A DNA stretch of 64,000 bases from Nitrospirota bacterium (GTDB taxonomy: Bacteria > JACPQY01). Where the stretch lies: contig JACPAV010000017.1 in NCBI GenBank assembly GCA_016180645.1, positions 1 to 64,000 on the forward strand. The letters run 5' to 3'. The position numbers were made by a program, and so were the translations under genes. The notes beneath the pieces were generated by a model. The model saw nothing but the letters and a program-made list of their open reading frames with translations. It made no database searches and was not told the origin of the DNA. Position 1 is the first letter of the stretch. Each line of letters opens with the position of its first letter. Shown piece by piece: positions 7,029-15,799 of this stretch.

Positions 7029-9223
7029 GCGGCGGCCTCCTTCTTCTGCATGTGGAGCGATTCCGTCATGACCCGTTCGATGGTTTCCTTCCGCAGGACG
7101 CACCTGTCCGCCATCTCGTTGGCTTTCTCTCCGTAACGTTCGATGAACTCCCGAACCGCCAGAGTCAGGGCCTGCCGGCAGATCGATTCGATGTCCGCCC
7201 CGCTTCGGCCTTCGCAGGCTCTCGCCAGTTCCTTCGGGGCGACCGCCTTTTCCACCGGGCGTCCGCGCAAGTGGATTCGGAAGATTTCCTCCCGTGTTGT
7301 CACGTCCGGAAGATCCACCTCGATCACGTGATCGAAGCGCCCCGGTCTGATCAGCGCAGGGTCGATCAGATCGCGCCGATTGGTTGCTCCGAGAACCACG
7401 ACCCCGCGGAGTTTTTCAAGACCGTCGATCTCGGTCAGGAACTGGCTGATGGTCCTGGCCATGACCCCGGAGTCTCCCTCACCCGCGTCCCTCCTCGGGG
7501 TCATCGAATCGATCTCGTCAAAGAAAAGGATACAGGGTGCGGCCGCCTTCGCCTTTTTGAAAACTTCCCGAACCCCTTTCTCGGTCTCCCCAACCCACTT
7601 CGAAACAAGCTCCGGACCCTTGATGGAAATGAAATTCACCTCTGACTCCGTCGCGACGGCCCTCGCGATGAGAGTCTTCCCCGTGCCCGGGGGGCCCGCG
7701 AGAAGAATCCCCTGGGTGGGTTTCAGACCGACTGTTTCAAGAAGCCTGCCATATCGGAGAGGCCATTCCACCGTTTCCCTCAGAATCTTCTTGGTGTCCT
7801 CCAGCCCTCCCACCTCCGACCAACGGACGTTCGGAGACTCGATCGACACCTCGCGGATCGCCGACGGCTCCACCTCGTTCATCGCCTGCATGAAGTGGCC
7901 CTGGGTCACCTCCAGCGTCTCGATGGCTTCATGGGGAACCTCGTCCAACGTAACCTCACCCCGCTCCATCGACTCGCGAAGACAAGTCATCGCCGCCTCT
8001 CGGGCGAGCGCCTCAAGGTCGGCGCCGACGTAGCCGTGCGTAATGCCGGCCAACTTCTCCAAACTCACGTCCTTCGCCAGGGGCATGCCCCGTGTGTGGA
8101 TCTCCAGGATCTTGAGCCGCCCGTTTCGCTCGGGGATTCCGATCGGGATCTCCCGGTCGAAACGGCCCGGACGTCTCAAAGCCGGGTCCAGAAGCTCCGG
8201 CATGTTCGTGGCGCCGATGACGATCAACTGACCGCGGTCTTTCAACCCATCCATGAGGGAAAGAAGCGTGGCCACGATTCTCTTCTCGACCTCCCCTTGA
8301 ACATTCGCTCTCTTGGGCGCAACGGAATCAATCTCATCGATGAAGATAATGGAGGGGGACTGCCTCGATGCCTCGTCAAAGATCCTGCGGAGGTGGGCTT
8401 CGCTCTCGCCGTAGAATTTGTGGACGATCTCGGGTCCGTTGACCGCAAAGAAGTTCGCCTCCGCTTCATGAGCCACCGCGCGGGCAATCAGCGTTTTTCC
8501 CGTTCCCGGCGGACCGTAGAGAAGAACCCCCTTGGGCGGATTGATTCCGAGACGGTCAAAGATCTCCGGGAACTTCAGCGGGAGTTCGATCATCTCCCGG
8601 ACGCGCTGGATCTCCCGGTTCAACCCGCCGATGTCCTCGTACGAGACGAATGGGCTTTTCGCCTCGCCCTTCTCCTGCGACTCCTCGATCCGGATCGTCG
8701 TCTGAGGCGTGATCAACACCAACCCCGTCGGCGAGGTCTGGACCACCGCATAGTCCCGGGTCCGGGTGCCGAACAACGTGACCCGCACCTTGTCCCCGGC
8801 CATTACGGGAAGACCCTCCACCGTCCGCCCGAGGGACCGTGTCTCGCCGGACCTGTTGACGGGACTGGCCGGCATGGCCCCGCCGGAAATGATCTTGAGA
8901 TCGATCAACCTGGCGGGACAGGAGACGGCCGGCGTGAGCTTGACCTTCTCGTCGATGCCGACCTTCGCGTTTTCTCGTATGATCCCGTCAATCTGGACCA
9001 AGCCCTTCCCCCGGTGTTCGGCAAATGTGGGCATGACTTTTGCCCCGGTCGCTCTTTTCCCCTCAACAAGGAGGATGTCGCCGATCTTGACTCCCAGTTT
9101 CTCCATCTCCTCCGGGTCCATCCGGGCAATGCCTCTGCCAACGTCCTTCGGATGGGCCTCGGAAGCCCGCTGGAAGACCGACGGCACGGTCGAACCGGCT
9201 GTTTCCTTCCTGGCCGGCATCAT
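7025..9223 (-). CDS. CDC48/VCP/p97-like two-ring AAA+ ATPase (N-domain + D1 + D2)
   Basis: CDC48 N-domain-like VKIGDILLVEGKRATGAKV. Two complete AAA modules: GPPGTGKTLIARAVA with IIFIDEIDS, and again AGPPGTGKTLIARAVA with ILFFDEIDS. The ORF-table N-terminal 86 aa extension is rejected. Confidence 0.85.
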   Translation of the reverse strand: MMPARKETAGSTVPSVFQRASEAHPKDVGRGIARMDPEEMEKLGVKIGDILLVEGKRATGAKVMPTFAEHRGKGLVQIDGIIRENAKVGIDEKVKLTPAVSCPARLIDLKIISGGAMPASPVNRSGETRSLGRTVEGLPVMAGDKVRVTLFGTRTRDYAVVQTSPTGLVLITPQTTIRIEESQEKGEAKSPFVSYEDIGGLNREIQRVREMIELPLKFPEIFDRLGINPPKGVLLYGPPGTGKTLIARAVAHEAEANFFAVNGPEIVHKFYGESEAHLRRIFDEASRQSPSIIFIDEIDSVAPKRANVQGEVEKRIVATLLSLMDGLKDRGQLIVIGATNMPELLDPALRRPGRFDREIPIGIPERNGRLKILEIHTRGMPLAKDVSLEKLAGITHGYVGADLEALAREAAMTCLRESMERGEVTLDEVPHEAIETLEVTQGHFMQAMNEVEPSAIREVSIESPNVRWSEVGGLEDTKKILRETVEWPLRYGRLLETVGLKPTQGILLAGPPGTGKTLIARAVATESEVNFISIKGPELVSKWVGETEKGVREVFKKAKAAAPCILFFDEIDSMTPRRDAGEGDSGVMARTISQFLTEIDGLEKLRGVVVLGATNRRDLIDPALIRPGRFDHVIEVDLPDVTTREEIFRIHLRGRPVEKAVAPKELARACEGRSGADIESICRQALTLAVREFIERYGEKANEMADRCVLRKETIERVMTESLHMQKKEAAA

Positions 9224-9224
9224 C

Positions 9225-9812
9225 TCATTTTGCTTTCTTGAGCTTGACCTCAAGAACGCCGTTCGTGTAGCTCCGCTCGATGCTCTTGGGGTCAACCTTG
9301 GCCGGGAGGAGGACCTCTTTGGAGTACGTCCGCTTCCCGGAGGTCGTGATCTGGATGACATCGTCACCCTGGACCTCGACGGACACATCCGCGTCGCCCA
9401 CGCCGGGAAGCTCGGCCACAAGTCGGATAAATCCTTCCTCATCGAAGAGATCGATGAGCGGCTCTCTTGCCTCTTCGACAACCGGCCCCTTCGATCGAGC
9501 CCGCGCCTTCACTTTGCCGATGTCCCCAAAGGGTTGAACGACAGGCCGCGAACCTCCCCCGGGTCCCGCCATGGTCCGGATGGAAAAGCCATAGACCCCG
9601 GTGACGTCCTTGTTTCCCTTGACGGAAAACTCGCCCGTCCTCTTGATTTCCCCCCCCTCCCGGGTCACCTTGTCTGCAAGATCAACCAGGGTGGAAAGCC
9701 CCTTGAAGAATCCTCCCAGGAGTCCTCTGCCGCCGATCTCGACGTCCACCTCCGGTTTCCTTCCGGCCTCCTTCTTTTCCTTCCCAGGATTAGGCACGGG
9801 GCTGTTCCTCAA
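9225..9812 (-). CDS. Hsp20/alpha-crystallin family small heat-shock protein (GvpH-like position)
   Basis: C-terminal alpha-crystallin domain FIRLVAELPGVGDADVSVEVQGDDVIQITT ... YTNGVLEVKLKK. Lies between gvpN and the CDC48-like gene. The start overlaps the upstream stop. Confidence 0.7.
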   Translation of the reverse strand: MRNSPVPNPGKEKKEAGRKPEVDVEIGGRGLLGGFFKGLSTLVDLADKVTREGGEIKRTGEFSVKGNKDVTGVYGFSIRTMAGPGGGSRPVVQPFGDIGKVKARARSKGPVVEEAREPLIDLFDEEGFIRLVAELPGVGDADVSVEVQGDDVIQITTSGKRTYSKEVLLPAKVDPKSIERSYTNGVLEVKLKKAK

Positions 9813-10141
9813 AACTTGAGGGAAACCGTGTTGACACGGCGGCCGTTGTCGTGACTCCGTTTGGACACCCTCCCCATTCTCCGGGCGCGGGGTCCTACGA
9901 GACCGGAGTACTTCCTCTCCGTATCTCCGATATCCCTCTCGATCCCCTGGAGTTGATCCTTGATCTGCGCAAGTTGAGCCTCGAGGGAACGCATCTTCTT
10001 GATCATGCTCTCGCGCCTCACGGTCAATATGTAGAGGCGGTTTGCCTGTTGGGCAACACCTCCCCCGATCGCAAAATGGGCGATGGCTGAAACCCCACGG
10101 GTTGCGGTGGACCCTCTCGGGGGTCCTGCGGGTATGGACAT
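9809..10141 (-). CDS. Hypothetical coiled-coil protein (~110 aa) in the gvp operon
   Basis: Heptad-like KKMRSLEAQLAQIKDQLQGIERDIGD. Starts 2 nt after the gvpN stop. No family recognised. Confidence 0.4.
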   Translation of the reverse strand: MSIPAGPPRGSTATRGVSAIAHFAIGGGVAQQANRLYILTVRRESMIKKMRSLEAQLAQIKDQLQGIERDIGDTERKYSGLVGPRARRMGRVSKRSHDNGRRVNTVSLKF

Positions 10142-10142
10142 C

Positions 10143-11096
10143 TTATCCCTCCTCCGACGGCCCGGCTCCATTGCCGGCGTATTTCTTGATCGCTTTTTTC
10201 ACCACTTCCGCCACCTTCGCGGAGGTGGCCAAGCTCCCTATCCGCGACGTCTCCGATGTCAGAACGTCCAGACAAATCCTGGAAAAAAGCGGGTCCGCGG
10301 ACTTGACGCGGGCCCCACTCCCATACTCGCGCACCGTCCTGGCAATCATGATGCAGGCGCGAATCGTGGGCGTGAATTCGTACTGCCCGTGTTCCCTCAG
10401 GTAACGCACGATTCTCACCACCTTTGTGGCTTCACCCACAGGTAGACCCGACTTCCTGGCGGTGATGAACCGCTCCGTCTCCTCGTCCAGCGACTGCAAG
10501 TCGAGGGTCACCATCCGGTCCCGCAGGGCGTCCTGGGAGCGGTGAACACCGGCATACTCCTCGGGATTCGATGTGAAGATCGCGCGGAAATCCGGATGGA
10601 CCTTGAGGTAGCCGGTCCGTTCTCCCTCGCGGTTCAAAGGGAGATCGAGGATCCCCTCTTGAAGGACGGAAAGGAGGACGTTGTTCGCCTCCGGCCGGGA
10701 GCGGGTGAATTCGTCATAGATCAGGCTGTAGCCGTTCTCGACGGCGACCGTCAGCCGGTTGTCAACCCACCGCTTCGAGCTCTCCTCTTCGATCTTCAGG
10801 ACGGAGGAAATGAAATTGTCCCGGACCTTTTTCATATGATAGCCGGTTTCTGCACCGACCAAGTCCGAGGTCGTGAACTCCTCGTCCCCATGGATCATGA
10901 GGACGGGCCGGCCTATCAGTTCAGCCAATCGGAGGGCGAGAGTCGTCTTTCCCGTCCCCGAGGCCCCCCGAAAATGGACCGGGAAACCGGCCTTCATGTA
11001 GTGCAACGCCCTTGCAACCGTTTCCTTTACAAAGGGGGTCTCCACAAACTCTTTGCCCGCCTGCGGTTGTATCACGGTTGCCTCATGTGCCTGCAT
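10143..11096 (-). CDS. gvpN: Gas vesicle protein GvpN (MoxR-like AAA+ ATPase)
   Basis: Walker A FRGASGTGKTTLALRLA and Walker B SLIYDEF. The single-AAA MoxR architecture is typical of GvpN. RBS GGAGGAG upstream of the ATG at 11096. Confidence 0.8.
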   Translation of the reverse strand: MQAHEATVIQPQAGKEFVETPFVKETVARALHYMKAGFPVHFRGASGTGKTTLALRLAELIGRPVLMIHGDEEFTTSDLVGAETGYHMKKVRDNFISSVLKIEEESSKRWVDNRLTVAVENGYSLIYDEFTRSRPEANNVLLSVLQEGILDLPLNREGERTGYLKVHPDFRAIFTSNPEEYAGVHRSQDALRDRMVTLDLQSLDEETERFITARKSGLPVGEATKVVRIVRYLREHGQYEFTPTIRACIMIARTVREYGSGARVKSADPLFSRICLDVLTSETSRIGSLATSAKVAEVVKKAIKKYAGNGAGPSEEG

Positions 11097-11158
11097 CTTC
11101 TCCTCCTTCTCCCAGGCAGACCCCCCCCCCCTTGCTCGAAAAGGGACCTGACTTTGGG

Positions 11159-11518
11159 CTAGTGCGCGCGAGCCGCTTTCTGCTTGGCTGCCGCGAAGGG
11201 TCCCTTGAAGTTCTGGCGCTTCGAGGCCATCGTCTTGGCCATTCTCTGCCACGCGAGGTGGGCCTCCTTGCGGTCCCTCTGGTTCTTCCGCCGCAGGCTG
11301 CCGACCGTTTCCCTCAGATCGTCGACAAAGGCGCCCAAGTCCACTTCGAGTTTCCTGGCCCGTGCCCTGCCCTGCTTGTGAAATCCCGCGAGCAACCTGT
11401 GCGTATCGACGATATGGTTCCGAGTATCGACACGATTCTTCCCAAGGAAGTTCACCCGCGCGTCGAAAGACGCGAGGAAATCATCCCCGAGATTTGTGAA
11501 CTGTTCTGCCAGTCCCAT
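11159..11518 (-). CDS. Hypothetical protein between gvpA and gvpN (candidate gas-vesicle accessory/scaffold protein)
   Basis: 119 aa, basic C-terminus, no TM. Positional analogue of gvpC/gvpV-type genes. No confident family. Confidence 0.4.
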   Translation of the reverse strand: MGLAEQFTNLGDDFLASFDARVNFLGKNRVDTRNHIVDTHRLLAGFHKQGRARARKLEVDLGAFVDDLRETVGSLRRKNQRDRKEAHLAWQRMAKTMASKRQNFKGPFAAAKQKAARAH

Positions 11519-11552
11519 CGTACTTGCCTCCTTCTTTGTTGGCGTTCAGTGG

Positions 11553-12131
11553 CTAGCCAACAGCCGACCTCTGAAGGTCGATGGCTGATGGCTCACTTAT
11601 TTGCAGTTGTGTTTCGAGATCCTGGATGACCCTTTTGAATTCCCGGACCGAGAGGGTTTCCTTCTTGGCCTCGAGACTCGCAAACGTCTCCCGGATCAGG
11701 TCCTGCTCATTCTGAAAAGAAACAATCTCGGCCTTCGCCGTCTCGATCGTCTTCTGAAGCTCTCGTGTGATCCGCTCCACCTCCTGAAGGATGCCGGCGT
11801 GGAGCGAGCGCCTCAGCCTTGCGGCGAGATCCCCTTGACGCGCCAGAAAGCCCTTGATGAACATCTTGATCTGACTTTCCCGCCGGCACTGAAAGTCAAG
11901 GACCCGTTCGGTGAAACCGTCGAAGTCCCTTCGCCGCAGGGAAGTCACGGATGCGAGCGACTCCCGGAGGCTCTCGCGGACCGCTTCATCCACTCTGCCA
12001 TGGCCGGCGAGGATGTCGATCCCCTTCTCAATCAAGCCGCCGACTTCCCCGATCCCCGCCCCGAACGAGGCAACAACGTCGCCTGTCAAATTTCTGATTT
12101 CACTGGATACGGACATTGTTTCTCCTTTCAA
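11553..12131 (-). CDS. Hypothetical coiled-coil protein downstream of gvpA (candidate GvpC-like outer scaffold)
   Basis: 192 aa, long predicted helices (LQKTIETAKAEIVSFQNEQDLIRETFASLEAKKETLS). Occupies the position that gvpC holds in many clusters. Confidence 0.4.
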   Translation of the reverse strand: MKGETMSVSSEIRNLTGDVVASFGAGIGEVGGLIEKGIDILAGHGRVDEAVRESLRESLASVTSLRRRDFDGFTERVLDFQCRRESQIKMFIKGFLARQGDLAARLRRSLHAGILQEVERITRELQKTIETAKAEIVSFQNEQDLIRETFASLEAKKETLSVREFKRVIQDLETQLQISEPSAIDLQRSAVG

Positions 12132-12203
12132 GAGTCAGACGGTTTGGCGAGAAGAGCTCTCTTCAAGGTCGCCTCGGCAAACCATCTCCAACCCGTTCCT
12201 TCC

Positions 12204-12422
12204 TTAGGAAGCCGGCTGAGCGGCTGATGTCGTGAGACCGATCGCTTCGGCGTATTTGAGATAGGTCTCAACGCCGGCGACCACGGCTCGCGCCTCCAAG
12301 GACAGGAATTCGATTCCGACGAGCGACACGCGCGCCCAGGCATCGATGACGATCCCCTTGTCGAGGATCCGGTCGATAACCTCAGCCAGCGATGAACTCG
12401 CCATGGATTTTTGAACGGCCAT
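12204..12422 (-). CDS. gvpA: Gas vesicle structural protein GvpA
   Basis: [63 protein letters not shown] is near-canonical GvpA. RBS GGAGGTG 6 nt upstream of the ATG at 12422. Confidence 0.92.
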   Translation of the reverse strand: MAVQKSMASSSLAEVIDRILDKGIVIDAWARVSLVGIEFLSLEARAVVAGVETYLKYAEAIGLTTSAAQPAS

Positions 12423-12491
12423 TTTCAATCACCTCCTCTCTCTTCTGCTATTTTTCCTGTTTCCGTCTCTTTTCTTTGTTTCCTTCACAAC

Positions 12492-12506
12492 GCAGGAAGC
12501 ATGCCA
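12492..12506 (-). promoter_or_regulatory. Sigma-54 (-24/-12) promoter candidate for gvpA
   Basis: The minus strand reads TGGCAT-GCTTC-CTGC, matching TGGCAY-N5-YTGC with correct GG/GC spacing. It lies ~70-85 nt upstream of the gvpA ATG and downstream of an NtrC-family EBP gene. Confidence 0.6.
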
Positions 12507-12659
12507 TTCTCTGCGCGCGATGTTCGCCGGCCAGGATCGGAAGTTTGGGACGTGAAAAGACATCCGCCTTTCTCGATGAGGGCGGTTGGACGGACACGGG
12601 TGACCACCATGAATGGACAGGGTTCGGCCCGCGGGAGAATTACTGGTGTAATGGCGGGA

Positions 12660-12800
12660 AAAAGAGAGACGGGTCTCTGCCCATGGATCCTGAACCGGTC
12701 CACAAGTCGGCCCCAAGGTTCTTTCGAATGACTCCGTGTAATCCCGAGTAGCCTCGGAAACGGGTCTCTCAAATAGGAAGAGAGTTTCTCAAAACTCTCT
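12660..12800. promoter_or_regulatory. Candidate enhancer (UAS) palindromes for the NtrC-like activator
   Basis: Perfect palindrome AGAGAC-GG-GTCTCT (12664-12677). A second CGGGTCTCT copy at 12761-12769. Palindrome GAGTTTCTCAAAACTC (12782-12797). All lie ~170-300 nt upstream of the -24/-12 element. Confidence 0.4.
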
Positions 12801-12811
12801 GGGCTGACGGT

Positions 12812-14212
12812 TCAGGCCCCGGAGAACCCCGATCGAATTCCAAGCTCCTTTATTTTATTGTAGAGAGTCCTACGGGTGATCCCCAAGAGATCGGCCGCCT
12901 TGCCTTGATGCCCCTTCGTCTTTTGAAGGGCTTCCAGGATCAACTGCCTCTCAACCTGTTCGCTCGCCTTGCGGGCGACTTCCGTGAAGGGAAGGTCATG
13001 GGAGATGGGAAGACGGATCTCCGGCGCTAAATCCGATTTCCCGGGATTCCGGACTTCCGGCGGCAGATCCACGAGCTCGACGCAGCCTTCAGCCATCACC
13101 ATGGCCCTTTTCATGATGTTCCGCAGTTCCCGCACGTTTCCCGGGAAGGAATAGCGATGGAGCCTTTCGAGGGCCTCGGGGGCTATTTTCGAAACTTCCT
13201 TCCCCATCTCCGGTCCCATTTGGAGCAAGAACCTGTGGCAGAGGAACGGAATATCATCCCTTCTCTCTCGAAGCGGCGGGAGATGGATCATAAACTCATT
13301 CAGGCGATAGAAGAGATCCAGGCGGAAAAGATTCTCCCGCGAAGCTCGGGCCAGATCCGCGTTCGTCGCGGCGATCACGCGAACGGAGGTCCGGATTGTT
13401 CTCCTGCCGCCCACCCGCTCGATCTCGTGACTCTCCAGGAACCGAAGAAGCTTGGACTGCACCGGGCCCGGGATGTTCCCGATCTCATCCAGGAAGAGCG
13501 TGCCCCCGTCGGCCAGCTCACACTTTCCCTTCACGGTTGAGGTGGCGCCGGTAAAAGCGCCCTTTTCGTAGCCGAACAACTCGCTCTCGATCAGCGTCTC
13601 CGGGATTGCCGCACAATCGACCGGAATGAACGAACCTTCGTGCCCATTGGACAAGCGGTGGATGGCTCTCGCAACAAGCTCCTTCCCCGTTCCCGATTCA
13701 CCCAGGATGAGGACATTCACTTTCGTCGCGGCGACCGAGCGCGCGAGTCGAATCACCTGCTGTGTCTTTTCAGAAGCCCCCATCGACGCCTCAAGATCCC
13801 CCACCTCTCCCAAACGCGCCTGCAACCCTTCGATCTGCCGATGGAGACGCCGTTGCTCAATCGCCATTGCGATCAGGACGGTCATTTCCTCCCTGTTGAA
13901 CGGCTTGGTTGCATAGTGGAAAGCCCCCTTTTTCATGGCCTGCACGGCGGTTTCAACCGTCGGATACCCGGTGAGCATGATCACCGGCAGTCTACTGTCC
14001 CATTCCCTGATCTGGCTCAAGACGGTCATGCCGTCGGAATCACCCAGATGGCGATCAAGGAGGACACAAGACGGAGATTCCCGCTGAATAAGCGGAAGCG
14101 CCGAATCGGCTGCGGTTGTCCAAGCCGCTCGATATCCCTCTTGCGTGAGGAATTTCCCCAACATGCGGCAGACGTCCTCTTCGTCGTCAATGATGAATAT
14201 GGTTTCCATCAA
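12812..14212 (-). CDS. Sigma-54-dependent Fis-family response regulator (REC + AAA sigma-54 activator + HTH), GvrA-like
   Basis: Receiver DDEEDV...LLDRHLGDSDG...KPF. GESGTGKELVARAIH Walker A, GAFTGA motif, C-terminal Fis-type HTH. Confidence 0.9.
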   Translation of the reverse strand: MMETIFIIDDEEDVCRMLGKFLTQEGYRAAWTTAADSALPLIQRESPSCVLLDRHLGDSDGMTVLSQIREWDSRLPVIMLTGYPTVETAVQAMKKGAFHYATKPFNREEMTVLIAMAIEQRRLHRQIEGLQARLGEVGDLEASMGASEKTQQVIRLARSVAATKVNVLILGESGTGKELVARAIHRLSNGHEGSFIPVDCAAIPETLIESELFGYEKGAFTGATSTVKGKCELADGGTLFLDEIGNIPGPVQSKLLRFLESHEIERVGGRRTIRTSVRVIAATNADLARASRENLFRLDLFYRLNEFMIHLPPLRERRDDIPFLCHRFLLQMGPEMGKEVSKIAPEALERLHRYSFPGNVRELRNIMKRAMVMAEGCVELVDLPPEVRNPGKSDLAPEIRLPISHDLPFTEVARKASEQVERQLILEALQKTKGHQGKAADLLGITRRTLYNKIKELGIRSGFSGA

Positions 14213-14844
14213 GCCACTCGTTTCATTTCGTAGCTGCCGCGGAGTGGGAGGCGATGGATCAAATAACTGATTTCGACGTCCAAGGGTATGAGTTCATCCA
14301 CCTTGTGAAGGAGGCCTATGAAAAGGATGCCGATCTCTCCAGGTTGGAGCGTTGCAAGAATTCGGTCCCGGATGACCCGATCTCTTCCCTTCAAGAGTTC
14401 ACCCGCCTCCTTCTCAAATGCACGAATGAGCGTTTCCTTCTCTTGGTGAGTCCTCGCCTCCGCGATGTTCCTGAGATGGCCATATTCGCGCCTGAGTAGC
14501 CCGGGGTCTTCCGTCCCGACAAGGGTCGCCCCCTGACAGAGCAACCATTGAACCAGAACGTGGTTGAGACTTCCCCTCTTCGCGAGCTCATCGATGATCT
14601 CTTTTTCTTTCCCGCAAATGGGGAGGCCGTCTTGGTAAACCTTCACCTTCTTGAAGGGAAGATGGATGGCCTGGATTCGTTTCTTGATTCCTTCCCACAT
14701 CTCCTCGACCGCTTCAGCCCGCTGCCTCCATTTCTCCTCTCCCAATTTCTCTACATACGCCTTCCGCATCGATCCCGCCAAAGTTCCCATATCATTCTCC
14801 GTGTGCAGGACGGGAACATAGATCAGTTTTCTCCTATCTTGCAC
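14209..14844 (-). CDS. Hypothetical protein co-transcribed between the receiver and the NtrC-like regulator
   Basis: 211 aa, soluble, no recognisable domain. Overlaps both neighbours (4 nt and 11 nt), which implies one operon. Confidence 0.45.
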   Translation of the reverse strand: MQDRRKLIYVPVLHTENDMGTLAGSMRKAYVEKLGEEKWRQRAEAVEEMWEGIKKRIQAIHLPFKKVKVYQDGLPICGKEKEIIDELAKRGSLNHVLVQWLLCQGATLVGTEDPGLLRREYGHLRNIAEARTHQEKETLIRAFEKEAGELLKGRDRVIRDRILATLQPGEIGILFIGLLHKVDELIPLDVEISYLIHRLPLRGSYEMKRVA

Positions 14845-15211
14845 GCAGAGCTTCCTTTACCACCGCGTTGACGAGGTTGAGGTCGAACGGTTTTGCGAGG
14901 TAATCGACGGCCCCCAGCCGTATCGCCTCGCGGGCGGATGAGGGGCTGCCATGGCCGGTCATAATCACGACAGCCGGAAAGGGTCCCTTCTTTATCGCGC
15001 GGATTTTCTCAAGAACCTCAATCCCTCCCATATCGGGCATCTTGAGGTCGAGGAGGAGGAGCTGAACATCCCGTCTTTTGAGGATTGAAACGACTCTCCG
15101 GCCGCTCGTAGCAGTGGAAACCTTGTATCCCTCTCTGGTTAAGGCTTTCTTGAGGAGGTTGCAAATCCCGGGCTCATCATCCGCGACAAGGATTGAAGGA
15201 GCCTTCATCAT
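14834..15211 (-). CDS. Single-domain response regulator (CheY-like receiver)
   Basis: ILVADDEPGI ... LLLLDLKMPDMGG ... AKPF. Receiver domain only. Confidence 0.85.
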   Translation of the reverse strand: MMKAPSILVADDEPGICNLLKKALTREGYKVSTATSGRRVVSILKRRDVQLLLLDLKMPDMGGIEVLEKIRAIKKGPFPAVVIMTGHGSPSSAREAIRLGAVDYLAKPFDLNLVNAVVKEALRAR

Positions 15212-15799
15212 GGCGCGGGCATCTTACAACGCCGCTCCGCCCTCGATCAACCCCCATCTATCCTCGACCCTTCCAAGATCGATCCTTCCGGATCGTTTTC
15301 TCTTGGGGCGTGTGCATTCCGGTGATTGTGGTGGAATCGTGCGTGGTTGCATGCGTGGGTTGATCCCCGAACTGCGGCCATCCGGATCTTCACAGGTCGC
15401 TTTGACCTTGGCGTACGGCCAGGATCAAGTCAAAGCAGAAGCACGAAGGACAACATTTACATCAATCGACCCGTCTATCTCTCAGAATAGGGGCGTGACC
15501 ACAAGGACCACGTAAGTTCGAGGGTCTGAGGGCCAATAACCGTCATCCTCGGCCTTTCCAGAGCTCTGATTGGGTCGATCATCACCGTCAGTGTGTGCTG
15601 TGACCGAGGTTGTACCAGTGCCCATCGACTTCACTATTTCCAAGCGCCATTTAAGATTGTCGGATTTGGGGGGATTTGGGGGTCAGACCCGACATTCTGG
15701 TGTGGGTCGGGGGCGGGAGCCCGCGGACGCCTTCAGATTGTTGTGCCGGTCGATCCGCCAAGTCGTGATTGCGAGCCGGCTGATGAATGAAAGGGGGGG

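Noticed and set aside
7895-9854. 448 aa and 362 aa plus-strand ORFs overlapping the CDC48-like and Hsp20 genes
   Set aside because: Antisense to strongly conserved AAA+ domains. No recognisable motifs. A GC-rich artefact.
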